DNA of 64,000 bases from an uncultured Chloroflexia bacterium (GCA_963724295.1 CAVRUC010000013.1:384001-448000); one strand, 5' to 3'. Positions 50,670-60,958 are shown, counted from the first letter of the stretch. Program-made: numbers and translations. Notes: generated from the sequence alone by a model not told the origin.

Positions 50670-51634
50670 GCGTGGGCGCCCGGGTGGATGCGACGACGCT
50701 CCCCGAGACGCGGCAGGGTCGCTATTGGCTCGACCGCGAGAGCGTGCTGGGACCGATCCTGCTCTTGCCGGCGGTGATCTACATCATCGCGCTCGTAGGA
50801 ATCCCGCTTGTGCTGGCCGTGATGTACAGCCTGAGTGATGTTACGGTCGGCGACCGCAGTATTGACTTCGTTGGTCTCAGGAACTTCCGGGACGCACTCG
50901 ATAACTCGACGTTCCGAACGGCGCTCCAGAATACCTTCGTATTTACCATCGTCTCGCAGGCGATCGTTCTGGTGCTGGCCAATATCTTGGCGTTGGTGCT
51001 CTCGGCCGACTTCCATGGGAAGCGACTGGTTCGCTTCCTGGTGCTGCTGCCGTGGACGACACCAATCGCGCTCGGTGTTCTGGGCTGGTTGTGGACCCTC
51101 GACAATGTCTACAGCCCGATCGACTATCTGATGCGACAGGTCGGGCTGCTGGGCGTCGGAAGTCCTCTGGGACCCGACTGGTTCGGAACGAACAGCCTCT
51201 GGCTCGCCTTCCCGGACCGAGCCCGGCTCTCCGTCCTCGTGGTCCATGTCTGGCGGACCCTGCCATTGGCCACCGTCATCTTGCTGGCGGGGTTGTCGGC
51301 GATCCCGCAGGACGTCAAAGACGCGGCGAACGTCGATGGCGCCGGGTTCTTCCGCCAGTTGTTCGCCATCCGCATCCCGTTGTTGCTGCCGATCATGGCG
51401 GTGGCGGTGCTCTACGGTATCGTCTTCACCTTCACCGACATGATCGTCGTCTTCATCCTCACCCGTGGCGGTCCCTTCGATTCGACGCAGGTACTGGCGA
51501 GCTGGGCCTATTTCAAGGGGATCGAAGGCGGTAGCCTGGGTCAGGGCGCTGCGATCGCGCTGTTCCTCTTCCCGGTGCTCGTTGGGGTGGCAGCGCTGAT
51601 GTTGAGAATCGCCAGGCGGGCGGAAACGGTGTGA
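50666..51634 (+). CDS. Carbohydrate ABC transporter permease 1
   Basis: LLPW, DAANVDGA (EAA loop), LTRGGP. Confidence 0.92.
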   Translation: MSVGARVDATTLPETRQGRYWLDRESVLGPILLLPAVIYIIALVGIPLVLAVMYSLSDVTVGDRSIDFVGLRNFRDALDNSTFRTALQNTFVFTIVSQAIVLVLANILALVLSADFHGKRLVRFLVLLPWTTPIALGVLGWLWTLDNVYSPIDYLMRQVGLLGVGSPLGPDWFGTNSLWLAFPDRARLSVLVVHVWRTLPLATVILLAGLSAIPQDVKDAANVDGAGFFRQLFAIRIPLLLPIMAVAVLYGIVFTFTDMIVVFILTRGGPFDSTQVLASWAYFKGIEGGSLGQGAAIALFLFPVLVGVAALMLRIARRAETV

Positions 51635-52644
51635 ACGAGACGGCGAGACGGCTAGACGGCGAGACGGCCAGGCGGCCTGTAGGGGCGACGCCTGCATCGC
51701 CCGCGGTCCCCGTGCCCGCGTCGCCCGCGGTCTCCATGCCCGCGTCACCCCATCACCCTCCGGTCTGGGACGATGAGGCGAACGAGCGGGAGCGGCGGCG
51801 GGCGCGGCTGCGGCAGGTGGCGACGCGCGGGGTGCTGTATGTGACCGCCACCTTCTTTGCGCTTTTCGCGGCGCTCCCCTTCGCCTGGATGATCTTCACC
51901 GTCTTCAAGCAGAACTCCGATCTGTACGATCCAAACCGCAACCCGTTCCTCTACAACGACCCGCCAACGCTGGGCAACATCACGTTCCTGTTCGAGCGGA
52001 CCGAGTACGCCACCTTCGCTCGCAACACGATGGTCGTCGCGGTCCTCGTCGTGCTGATCACGCTCATCGGCGCGGTGCCGGCCGCCTACAGTCTGTCGCG
52101 GCTGGCCGGGAAGTGGGGGGAAGGGCTGGGTATCGCCATCTTCCTCGTCTACCTGGTGCCGCCGACGTTGCTGTTCATTCCGCTCTCCCGGGTGGTCGCC
52201 GATCTCGGTTTGCGCAACACCTGGTGGGCCATGGTGCTCGTCTATCCGACCTTCACCATCCCGTTTTGCACGTGGCTGCTGATGGGATTCTTCAAGTCGA
52301 TTCCCCGCGATATCGAAGAGCAGGCGATGGTCGACGGCTACAGCCGGCTGGGAGCGATCTGGCGCACAGTCCTGCCGGTGTCGGTGCCAGGGCTGCTGAC
52401 CGTCGTGGTCTTCAGCTTCGCGTTGACCATGCACGAGTTCGTCTATGCGCTCGCCTTCGTCACCTCCTCGCAGCAGAAGACGATCTCGATCGGGGTGACG
52501 ACCGAGCTGATTCGGGGCGACGTCTTCTTCTGGCAATCGCTGATGGCCGCCGCGGCCATCGTGGCCATCCCGATCGCGCTCCTCTACAACCTCTTCCTCG
52601 ACCGCTTCATCGCTGGCTTCACGCTGGGGGCGGTGAAGGGGTGA
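51631..52644 (+). CDS. Carbohydrate ABC transporter permease 2
   Basis: IPRDIEEQAMVDG, GAVKG end; low-complexity N-terminal extension. Confidence 0.92.
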   Translation: MNETARRLDGETARRPVGATPASPAVPVPASPAVSMPASPHHPPVWDDEANERERRRARLRQVATRGVLYVTATFFALFAALPFAWMIFTVFKQNSDLYDPNRNPFLYNDPPTLGNITFLFERTEYATFARNTMVVAVLVVLITLIGAVPAAYSLSRLAGKWGEGLGIAIFLVYLVPPTLLFIPLSRVVADLGLRNTWWAMVLVYPTFTIPFCTWLLMGFFKSIPRDIEEQAMVDGYSRLGAIWRTVLPVSVPGLLTVVVFSFALTMHEFVYALAFVTSSQQKTISIGVTTELIRGDVFFWQSLMAAAAIVAIPIALLYNLFLDRFIAGFTLGAVKG

Positions 52645-52821
52645 TGTGAGGAGGTTGCGGGTGATGGGTGATTGGTGATGGGTGGCGGAGTCGCGAGGTG
52701 GCCGGGCGGCGGGAAGAACGCTGTCCGTCACCCGGCCACCCAGCCACCGTGAGCGCAGCGAACATTCACCGCGACCGCAGGGAGCAATCACCCTAGTTCA
52801 TCGCCAAGGGGGGCCCGGAAA

Positions 52822-54561
52822 ATGGACGCGCAGCGATTCGATAACCTGGCCAAATCACTCGCCGGGCGCCTCACGCGGCGTAACGCCCTGCGCCGCGCGG
52901 GGGCCGCCGCCTCGGCGACATTGCTCGCCTCGACCGGCGTCCAGGCCGCTCCGGCGGCCGCGCAACGGCGGGACGAGCCGGCCTACACGGTCATTCGCCG
53001 CTACACCCTGGACAATCCCACGGATGCGGTGCGCGCGGCATTGCAGCGGGGCTATATCGAGGCTGCCTGTGAGGCTCCCGGCTTCATCGCGTACTTCGCG
53101 GTCGAAGATGAAGACGGCGACTTCGCGACGGTGGCGGTCTTCCGCAGCCAGGATGACTTCGAAGAATTTGCCACCGCGGAGGCCAATTGGATCGCGCAAA
53201 ACCTGGGAGACTTGCTCCCCGCGCCGGACGAGGCGCTCTCCGGGGATACCTACGTCTATGCGGGCGCGGCGCAGCCATTACGCAATACCTGTCCCGCCGA
53301 GACCCAGCAGACGACGGGATCTGCTCCGACAACCGCTCCCGGCGCCCCGACCGCCGTAGCGCCGACCCCGACCCCCGCTGCGGCGGCATGCACGGGTCAG
53401 GGGTGCGTCTGCTCGACCGGGACGCGACGGCCATGCGACCAGGGTTTCATCTGCTGCCCCACCAGCGACGTACCGGGTGGTCCTGGTGTCTGCCAGACGC
53501 GGGAGGTCTGCTACCCGAACCAGTGCGTCGAGAACGGTGGCGCCTGCGATCCCAGCTGTGGAGCGGACGATGCCTGCCCCAGCTGCTGCTCCAACTATTG
53601 CAATGACAGCGGGCAATGCGCTGATGCCCCCGCTCCCCCTTGCACGGCGGCAGGCTGCGACTGCACGACCGGAACCGAGGCTCCCTGTGATGCCGGACTG
53701 ATCTGCTGCGGCACGACCGGCACACCCGGTGGACCCGGTACCTGCCAGACCGAGGCTGAATGCAACGCGCCATGCACTGGCCAGGGCTGCGCGTGTACCG
53801 GTGGGGTGCAGGGCAACTGTGACGCGGGATTGGTCTGCTGTCAGGGTGGACAACCGACTCCCGGTGGCGCGGGTACCTGTGAACCAGAGGCGGAATGCGC
53901 TCCGGCGCCCTGCACTGGCCAGGGCTGCGCCTGCAACGGTGGCGTCCAGGGCGCCTGCGATACCGGGCTGGTTTGCTGCCAGGACGGCGTGTCGATTCCC
54001 GGTGGGGCCGGGACGTGTCAACCCGAGGACCAGTGCACGCCTCCACCCTGCACCGGCGAGGGCTGTGATTGCACCGGTGGTGTCGAGGGGAACTGCGATG
54101 CCGGGCTGGTCTGCTGCCAGGACGGGCAGGAAGTCCCGGGAGGGGCCGGTACCTGTACGGCCGAGGCGAACTGCGCGCCCCCGCCCTGCACGGGTGAGGG
54201 CTGCGCGTGTAACGGCGGGGTCGAGGGCGCCTGCGACGAGGGGCTCATCTGCTGCCTGACGGACCCATCGGAGCCGGGAGGACCGGGCAGTTGCCAGCCG
54301 CCGGATATCTGTGAACCGCCGCCCTGCACCGAAAACGGCGCGGCCTGTGACACGACCTGTGCCGCGGGCGACAACTGCCCGGGCTGCTGCTCCGGGTACT
54401 GCAACGCCTCAGGCGTCTGCGACGACGCGCCGCCGGTGACCTGCACCAGCGCCGGTTGCGCCTGCACGACCGGGACCGAGGCTCCCTGCGACGAGGGTCT
54501 CATCTGCTGTCAGACCACCGACGACCCCGGCGGCCCAGGGGTCTGCCAGGCGAGCTGCTAA
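52822..54561 (+). CDS. Tat-exported protein: ABM-like domain followed by Cys-rich repeats
   Basis: MDAQRFD..TRRNAL leader; seven CTxxGCxC..CDxG[LF]xCC..PGG.G.C units and two CxENGxACD..CCS.YCN.SG.C units. Confidence 0.8.
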   Translation: MDAQRFDNLAKSLAGRLTRRNALRRAGAAASATLLASTGVQAAPAAAQRRDEPAYTVIRRYTLDNPTDAVRAALQRGYIEAACEAPGFIAYFAVEDEDGDFATVAVFRSQDDFEEFATAEANWIAQNLGDLLPAPDEALSGDTYVYAGAAQPLRNTCPAETQQTTGSAPTTAPGAPTAVAPTPTPAAAACTGQGCVCSTGTRRPCDQGFICCPTSDVPGGPGVCQTREVCYPNQCVENGGACDPSCGADDACPSCCSNYCNDSGQCADAPAPPCTAAGCDCTTGTEAPCDAGLICCGTTGTPGGPGTCQTEAECNAPCTGQGCACTGGVQGNCDAGLVCCQGGQPTPGGAGTCEPEAECAPAPCTGQGCACNGGVQGACDTGLVCCQDGVSIPGGAGTCQPEDQCTPPPCTGEGCDCTGGVEGNCDAGLVCCQDGQEVPGGAGTCTAEANCAPPPCTGEGCACNGGVEGACDEGLICCLTDPSEPGGPGSCQPPDICEPPPCTENGAACDTTCAAGDNCPGCCSGYCNASGVCDDAPPVTCTSAGCACTTGTEAPCDEGLICCQTTDDPGGPGVCQASC

Positions 54562-54693
54562 CCCGAACGCGTGATGTGGCGAGCGCGCGGCCTTTTCCTA
54601 TAGAGGCCGCGCGCTCTGCTGCTCCGCGGTGGGCGCGGACAGCATCTCTGACTCGACCATTGCTATCTCCGCATCAGTGAGCGGGAGAACCGA

Positions 54694-55875
54694 ATGACGT
54701 TCGATGTGGCGCGGGCGCGGCGGGAGACGCCGGGGTGCGAGCGGGTGCTTCACTTCAACAACGCCGGTGCGGCGCTGATGCCGCGGCCGGTGCTCGACGC
54801 CGCCCGGGACTACCTCACGCTCGAGGCGGAAATCGGCGGCTACGAGGCGGCGGAGCGAGAGCACGCGGCGATCGAGCGGTTCTACGGGGCGGCCGCGGAA
54901 TTGCTGGGCTGCGATCCCGATGAGATCGCCTTCATCGAGAACGCCACCCGCGCCTGGGACATGGCCTTCTATGCCCTCCCGTTTGCCCCGGGTGACCGTA
55001 TCCTCACCGCCCGCGCCGAGTACGCCAGCAACGTCGTGGCATTCCTGCAGGTCGCGCGGAGAACCGGCGCCCTGGTGGAGGTCATCCCCAGTGACGAGAC
55101 CGGGCAGGTCTCGGTCGAGGCGCTGCAGGGGATGGTCGACGACCGGGTGAAGCTGATCGCCATCACTCACGTGCCGACCAACGGCGGGTTGGTCAACCCG
55201 GCCGCCGCCGTCGGAAACGTGGCCCGCGCCGCGGGCATCACCTACCTTCTGGACGCCTGCCAGTCAGTCGGGCAGATGCCGGTTGACGTCGCCGAGATCG
55301 GCTGTGACCTGCTCTCCACCGCGGGACGCAAGTACCTGCGCGGACCGCGCGGCACAGGATTTCTCTATGTCCGTCGCGAGTTGGGACAGCGATTGCAGCC
55401 GCCCTTTCTCGATCTGCATGCGGCCAAGTGGGTGGCGGCGAACCGCTACGAGATTCGCGCCGACGCCCGGCGCTTCGAGAACTGGGAGACCAACTACGCC
55501 GGAAAAGTCGGGCTCACCGTCGCCATCGATTACGCGCGCGACTGGGGCATCAGCGCCATCTGGGATCGCGTGCGCTCTCTCGCTGCCACGTTACGAGCCG
55601 AGCTGGAGCAGATTCCCGGCGTGGCGGTGCGGGACATCGGCGCCGAACTGTGCGGCATCGTCACCTTCACGGTGGACGGCATGAGAGCGCAGGCGGTGCG
55701 CCAGGCGCTGGCTGGTCAGGCGATGAACGCGACGATCTCGACCGTCGCGTCGACCCGGTTCGACATGGAGGCCCGGGGGTTGCACGAGGTCGTGCGGGCG
55801 TCCGTCCACTATTACAACGACGAGGCGGAGATCGCGCGCTTCTGCGCGGCGCTGCGTGCGATTCCTACCCGATGA
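54694..55875 (+). CDS. PLP-dependent class V aminotransferase/cysteine-desulfurase-like enzyme
   Basis: HFNNAG, DACQSVG, GRKYLRGPRGTG, RASVHYYN. Confidence 0.88.
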   Translation: MTFDVARARRETPGCERVLHFNNAGAALMPRPVLDAARDYLTLEAEIGGYEAAEREHAAIERFYGAAAELLGCDPDEIAFIENATRAWDMAFYALPFAPGDRILTARAEYASNVVAFLQVARRTGALVEVIPSDETGQVSVEALQGMVDDRVKLIAITHVPTNGGLVNPAAAVGNVARAAGITYLLDACQSVGQMPVDVAEIGCDLLSTAGRKYLRGPRGTGFLYVRRELGQRLQPPFLDLHAAKWVAANRYEIRADARRFENWETNYAGKVGLTVAIDYARDWGISAIWDRVRSLAATLRAELEQIPGVAVRDIGAELCGIVTFTVDGMRAQAVRQALAGQAMNATISTVASTRFDMEARGLHEVVRASVHYYNDEAEIARFCAALRAIPTR

Positions 55876-56056
55876 CCGCGTCGAGGAGCGGGCACGATGG
55901 CCGGTTCTGCTTGCCGGGCGCCGCTACCACCAACGAACACATCAATCCAGGCGGCGCGATATCGAGTGGCGTATAGTGCCGGCACCGCATGTCCGGCAAA
56001 ATCGATCAGGTTAAACACGGACAGCGCGGCTCGTCGAGCCGAAGGAGGGTGTTCTG

Positions 56057-56762
56057 ATGCGACGTCTGCTGGTGGCACTCTGTACGTTGTTTGCTCTCGC
56101 GCTTGCCGGTCCGGTGCTGGTCTCTGCCCAGGACGCTACCCCGGAAGCGGATGCTGGCGGGACTGAATTGCACTTACCAAGAACCGATGTCCGCTACCTG
56201 CTGCCCTTTGGTCCAGACGGCCTGAGCCCGGGGTTCACGGCCGCGGCCACGGTGGAAGGGGTGTGCGGCTTCAGCTCGATCGTGGCGCTCGACCGTCCCG
56301 ATGCCTGGGACTGTATCAGTGCCGACGATGAGATCTTCGACCCCTGCTTCGAGCCGCTCATGATGGATCCGGAGGCGCTAGGCCAGTTGGCCTGCGTCGC
56401 GGACCCCTTCAGCACCGAGGTCACCTTGCTGACGTTGACCGAACCCCTGGTGCGCGAGAAGGAGGACGCCGACCCCAGCGCTGATCCGTCCATGGCCATG
56501 GGCCAGGAGGTCGAAGAGGCCGCCGACGTTCTCGCGCCCTGGGATCTGCCCTGGGCGCTGGAACTGGCCAACGGGGACCGGTGCACGCTCCTGCACGGGA
56601 CGCTGACCGTCATGGCGGGGCAAACGGTCCACTATGGCTGTGCCGATGGTGGCGCTGATCCTCGGCGAAACCGATCGTAGCCAGCCGGTCTGGACAGTGA
56701 ACTACCTGGCCGAGGGTGAAGTCGCCTCCAGCCTCGTCGACGTGGCGGTCGCCTGGTCCTGA
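56057..56762 (+). CDS. Secreted hypothetical protein, paralog of 58425-59102, frameshift near 56655
   Basis: Signal ending AQDATP; RPDAWDC, DPCF, PWALELANG; the tail ILGETDRSQPVW..VAWS is in another frame. Confidence 0.75.
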
Positions 56763-56858
56763 GCGGGTCTCGAGTCGACACGATTATCGAGAAGCAATTG
56801 CCAGGAGCGGCAGGGGCAGTTCGCCGGCATTGGCGAAGAGCGGCAGAGGAGGCATCGC

Positions 56859-57734
56859 GTGGAGGATGAGCGGTTCGATAGTCTGACCAAGGTGCTGGCC
56901 GCTGGTCTCTCGCGGCGGCAGGGCGTCCGCGTTCTTGCCGGCGCCGGAGCCGCGCTCATAGCCCTGGTGAGCCCTGCCGGACGTGGCGCCTCGGCCCATC
57001 ACGCCAGACTCGGTCCTGGCGATCCATGCCGCGATAGCAGCCAGTGCCTGGCCGCCGATGCGCCGCTCATCTGTGCCGACAACGGGTTCGCGCTCGACGG
57101 CCCGCTCAACTGCTGCACCTACGTGGGGAGCCGCTGTGGCTCCGACCAGGGATGCTGCGGCGACGCCGCCTGTATCGATGGGTTCTGCGGCACTATCCAG
57201 GACTTCGCTGGGCCGGGTGAGCGCTGTCGTGACAGCTCCGTGTGCGCTGGCGCCGATGCTCCGCTCACTTGCGATTTCGTCGCGCTTACCGGCGATTACC
57301 GGTGCTGCACCTATGAGGGAAGTCGTTGCGGGTTCGACGCCGCGTGCTGCGGAGCGGCCGCTTGCGTCAACGGCTATTGCGCCAACATCGCGGTCGATGC
57401 CGGCCTGGATGCCGCTGGCCCAGGGGATCCCTGCCAGGATAGCTCGCAGTGTGTCGCGGCCGATACCGCGGTCACCTGCGACTACGTCGGGGTGACTGAC
57501 GACTATCGCTGCTGTGCTTACGAGGGGAGTCGTTGCGGCTGGGACGGCGGATGCTGCGGCTGGCTGCGCTGCGGCGACGATGGCTTCTGCACGGGGTTGC
57601 CCCCAACCGGCTGTAATGGCGAAGGGTGCGACTGCGACTTCCACGATCCGAACGCGTGCGCTCCCGGCCTGGTCTGTTGCGCGGTACAAAGCGGGTTCAT
57701 CTGCGCCACCTGGGCCGATTGCGGGGGGTCATAG
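56859..57734 (+). CDS. Exported Cys-rich repeat protein
   Basis: MEDERFD..SRR leader; three GPG.C.DSS.C..AD...CC.Y.GSRCG.D..CCG units and one CNGEGCDC..GLVCC unit. Confidence 0.75.
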   Translation: MEDERFDSLTKVLAAGLSRRQGVRVLAGAGAALIALVSPAGRGASAHHARLGPGDPCRDSSQCLAADAPLICADNGFALDGPLNCCTYVGSRCGSDQGCCGDAACIDGFCGTIQDFAGPGERCRDSSVCAGADAPLTCDFVALTGDYRCCTYEGSRCGFDAACCGAAACVNGYCANIAVDAGLDAAGPGDPCQDSSQCVAADTAVTCDYVGVTDDYRCCAYEGSRCGWDGGCCGWLRCGDDGFCTGLPPTGCNGEGCDCDFHDPNACAPGLVCCAVQSGFICATWADCGGS

Positions 57735-57817
57735 GACGGTTTACCGCTCACGTTGCCCCCTGAGCGCTGTGAATTGACGACTCGGTTGCGAGCCGGGTGC
57801 TCCTGGAGCAATGTCCA

Positions 57818-58045
57818 ATGACCGACCAATTCGGAACCCGAGACCGTCACGAAACCTCCCGAGACGTCTCCCGGCGTACTCGTCGAGACAAGCCAGTGAC
57901 CGGCGTCGAGGACGGCTCCATCGAGATCGTCGATCCCTCACCCATGCTGCGGCGCCTGATCGAGATCGCGCAGCAGCTGGACGAAGAGGATCTCCGGAAA
58001 CTGCTGCTTCGTGGCCGGCGCATGCTGCGCGGGACGGAAGAGTAG
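57818..58045 (+). CDS. Small hypothetical protein
   Basis: ATG after GGAG; C-terminal amphipathic helix LRRLIEIAQQLDEEDLRKLL. Confidence 0.45.
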   Translation: MTDQFGTRDRHETSRDVSRRTRRDKPVTGVEDGSIEIVDPSPMLRRLIEIAQQLDEEDLRKLLLRGRRMLRGTEE

Positions 58046-58424
58046 AGCTATCCAGCACCCTACTCACGGACTGGCTGCACGGCTAGCTGCATGCAGCCCC
58101 GCCCGGAACGACAGACGGAAACAATAGAAAACGAACGCGCGTCCGCAGACGCGACAACACCACCTGCAAAGACGAGAAAACCCGGCAGCAAGGCTCTCAT
58201 AGAACGAGTTCATCTGCGCCACGTGGGCCAATTTGAGGGAGCCACGCGCCAAAATTACCGCGTAGCAATCTCGGTTGTTGAAGCGTGCTGCCGGCAATGG
58301 GCAACCGTGCTGGGGACCACTGCGGTTCTCAATCAACCCCCGGCAAACGGCGATGATTGGTGCGATGATGCCACCTCGCGGCTGCCGAATCGGGAGCCAC
58401 CACGCCTATTTCAGGAGGGTCAGC

Positions 58425-59102
58425 ATGCGTCGGCTCAATAACTTCCTGTCCGTGGTTGTCGTCATGCTGTTTGGAATCACCGCTCTCGGTGGGCAACCCA
58501 TCGCCAGAGCCCAGGAAGCGACGCCAGCGGCCGGGCCAACCGCGCGCACCGACATCCGCTACGTCCTGCCGTTCACTCCGGACGGATTGAATCCAGGACT
58601 GACCGCCACGACCGCGGAGGGCGTCTGCGGCTTCTCATCCATCGCGGCGCTCGACCGGCCGGACGCCTGGGACTGCATCGGCGCCGACGATCAGATCTAC
58701 GATCCCTGCTTCGAGAATCCGTTCATCGCGCCCGATGAGCCCGGCGAGGTGGCGTGCTTGGAATCACCATTCACCACCGACGTCGTGGTGCTCACCCTGA
58801 CCGACCCGCTGGTCCGCGAGAAGGAGGCGCCAGATACCGGCATGGACATGGCCCAGGCGCCCGGGACCTCGATCGAGCCGTGGGATCTGCCCTGGGCGCT
58901 GGAGCTGGCCAACGGGGACCAGTGCACGCTCCTGCACGGGACGCTGACGGTGCAAGCCGGGCAGACGGTCCACTATGGCTGCACCGACGGCGGGATGGTC
59001 CTCGGCGAAACCGATCGTAGCCAGCCGGTCTGGACGGTGAGCTATCTGGCCGAAGGTGAAGTCGCCTCCCATCTCGTCGAGGTGGTCACGGCCTGGTCGT
59101 AG
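58425..59102 (+). CDS. Secreted hypothetical protein, paralog of 56057-56762
   Basis: RBS AGGAGG; signal ending AQEATP; six Cys conserved with the paralog. Confidence 0.8.
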   Translation: MRRLNNFLSVVVVMLFGITALGGQPIARAQEATPAAGPTARTDIRYVLPFTPDGLNPGLTATTAEGVCGFSSIAALDRPDAWDCIGADDQIYDPCFENPFIAPDEPGEVACLESPFTTDVVVLTLTDPLVREKEAPDTGMDMAQAPGTSIEPWDLPWALELANGDQCTLLHGTLTVQAGQTVHYGCTDGGMVLGETDRSQPVWTVSYLAEGEVASHLVEVVTAWS

Positions 59103-59169
59103 ATCTTGCGACCAGCGGCCCAAGCGGGAACACGACGGCTCAGCCAACCGGACAAGAAAGGATGAGGCG

Positions 59170-59739
59170 GTGGACGAGCGACGATTTGATACCTGGACCC
59201 GGGCAGTGGCACAGTCTGGCTCACGGCGACGCCTCGTGCGCGCTCTGCTCGGTGGTGGGGCGGTCCTTGCCGCTGCCCGTCGCGGGCTCTCTGACGCGGC
59301 GGCGCACCATGGCCAGGCCGGACCCGGCGAACCGTGCCGGAACGCGAACCAATGCGTAGCGGCCGACGCGCCGATGGATTGTGCCTGGAATGGCTATGGC
59401 AATAGCCTCAGCTGCTGCACCTATGAGGGGAGCAACTGCGCGGACGACTCCTGGTGCTGCGGCACAAACCTCTGCATTGGCGGTACCTGCACGAGTCAGT
59501 CCTATGGGTGCACGGGGGAAGGCTGTGCCTGCTACCAGGGGACCTACGATGCCGACCCCTGTGATCCGGGGCTGGTCTGTTGCCTGAACGCCGATAGCAG
59601 CGGCACCTGTCTTCCGCAGTACACCTGCACCGGATACGGTCTCCCGGGCGACGACTGCCCGCGGTACTGCTTGCCCGGACCGACGCAGTGCCCGGGCTGC
59701 ATCTCGGGCTACTGCGGGGTTTCCGGAGTCTGCGGGTAA
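59170..59739 (+). CDS. Exported Cys-rich protein, paralog of 56859-57734
   Basis: (M)DERRFD..SRRR leader, AHH, GPGEPC, CCTYEGS, CTGEGCAC..GLVCC. Confidence 0.75.
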   Translation: MDERRFDTWTRAVAQSGSRRRLVRALLGGGAVLAAARRGLSDAAAHHGQAGPGEPCRNANQCVAADAPMDCAWNGYGNSLSCCTYEGSNCADDSWCCGTNLCIGGTCTSQSYGCTGEGCACYQGTYDADPCDPGLVCCLNADSSGTCLPQYTCTGYGLPGDDCPRYCLPGPTQCPGCISGYCGVSGVCG

Positions 59740-59756
59740 CAGCGGTTCGTGCACAA

Positions 59757-59788
59757 CACGAGGGCCCGGAGTACTCCGGGCCCTCGTG
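59757..59788. terminator. Perfect inverted repeat between convergent genes
   Basis: CACGAGGGCCCGGA-GTAC-TCCGGGCCCTCGTG. Confidence 0.65.
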
Positions 59789-59818
59789 CGTTATCCAACC
59801 TTTTCGGTTGAAGTGACG

Positions 59819-60043
59819 CTACTCCGACTCTTCGGGGACCACGTTGATGGCCCGCTGGCGGCCCGGATCGCGTGGGTCGGGGGTGACGTCAAAGCTGACG
59901 CGCTGCCCGACCTGCAGCATCTCAAAGCCGCGATCGGCGACCGCGGAGTGATGGAAAAAGAGCTCGCCGCTCCCCGAGTCGCCATCAGGCTCGATGAATC
60001 CGAAGCCGCGATCGCGGAGCGTCCTGATCGTACCGGTTGCCAT
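59819..60043 (-). CDS. Cold-shock domain protein
   Basis: MATGTI, RGFGFI (RNP1), LFFHHS (RNP2), GQRVSF. Confidence 0.92.
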   Translation of the reverse strand: MATGTIRTLRDRGFGFIEPDGDSGSGELFFHHSAVADRGFEMLQVGQRVSFDVTPDPRDPGRQRAINVVPEESE

Positions 60044-60199
60044 CGTCTTGAACCTACCCTCTCTGCTGCGCTGCTTGCGCGACGCCACGGCGGCGTACGC
60101 GCATTGGCTGGGGCCCGGCCCCAGACCGTGGTTAGCTAGCCCCGGCGGGTTTCCACCCATGCCGGTTCATGCTCAAAAAGTGTTTCCCGGCCCCAGTCG

Positions 60200-60499
60200 C
60201 TACCGGTGACGGAAGGTGATGCGGCCGCGCGTGAGATCGTACGGCGACAGCTCGACCACGACTCGATCCCCCGGCAGTACGCGAATGTAGTGCTTTCGCA
60301 TCTTGCCGCCGAGGTGACCGAGGACCGAATGCCCGTTTTCCAACTCGACCGTGAACATGGCGTTCGGGAGCGCCTCCATTACCTTCCCATCCATGGTAAC
60401 GGCATTTGGATTCTCCCGGCGCACCCGTTCTTCCGTTGTGTCGGGTGTAACGAGCTTCACCGGGCGCGGCGGCTTCCGGTACTGGGGCTTCTTTGCCAA
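60200..60499 (-). CDS. infA: Translation initiation factor IF-1 with N-terminal extension
   Basis: [44 protein letters not shown] start after GGGAG. Confidence 0.93.
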   Translation of the reverse strand: MAKKPQYRKPPRPVKLVTPDTTEERVRRENPNAVTMDGKVMEALPNAMFTVELENGHSVLGHLGGKMRKHYIRVLPGDRVVVELSPYDLTRGRITFRHR

Positions 60500-60544
60500 T
60501 GCTCCCTCCCGCGCAATCGGCGCCTACCATCATCGTGCGGGCGG

Positions 60545-60958
60545 TCAGCTTGCCCGCTCGGCAGTCTCGGCGAGCGCTGCGTCGCGGCGAGATTCGACCT
60601 CGTGGCGCGTTACGCGCGCCAGCGGCATCTGGAGCGGTGGCCGGGGCTGCTGCAGAATCTGGCGAAGTTTCGCGCACTGGTCATCTGCCAGCCAGGCGTT
60701 CGCGTCTGCTTTGATGGTATCGAGGATTGCCGGTAGTTCCATCTGCGCGGATCCCCACCATCCCGCCCAGATCGCCGAACCGGAAACTGGGATCCCGCAC
60801 GAGCTGCACTCGAAGGCGGCGAGGCACCAGAATCGGGGCTGGCTTGGATCCCGCACCGGTGCGACGCGGAACAACCGCTGATCGTCGCCGACGCGGAGAA
60901 ATACGCCGAGCCCGCCGTTGCCCCGCAGCTCGATGACCTGAACGTGCTTCTCGTCCAT
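60545..60958 (-). CDS. Hypothetical protein
   Basis: 137-aa ATG ORF co-oriented with infA; Trp-rich, CSSC. Confidence 0.55.
   Translation of the reverse strand: MDEKHVQVIELRGNGGLGVFLRVGDDQRLFRVAPVRDPSQPRFWCLAAFECSSCGIPVSGSAIWAGWWGSAQMELPAILDTIKADANAWLADDQCAKLRQILQQPRPPLQMPLARVTRHEVESRRDAALAETAERAS

Noticed and set aside
54694..55875. Selenocysteine lyase/SufS linked to the selenoprotein
   Set aside because: The usual catalytic Cys motif (RxGHHC or SACxS) is absent and the gene lies over 8 kb away.
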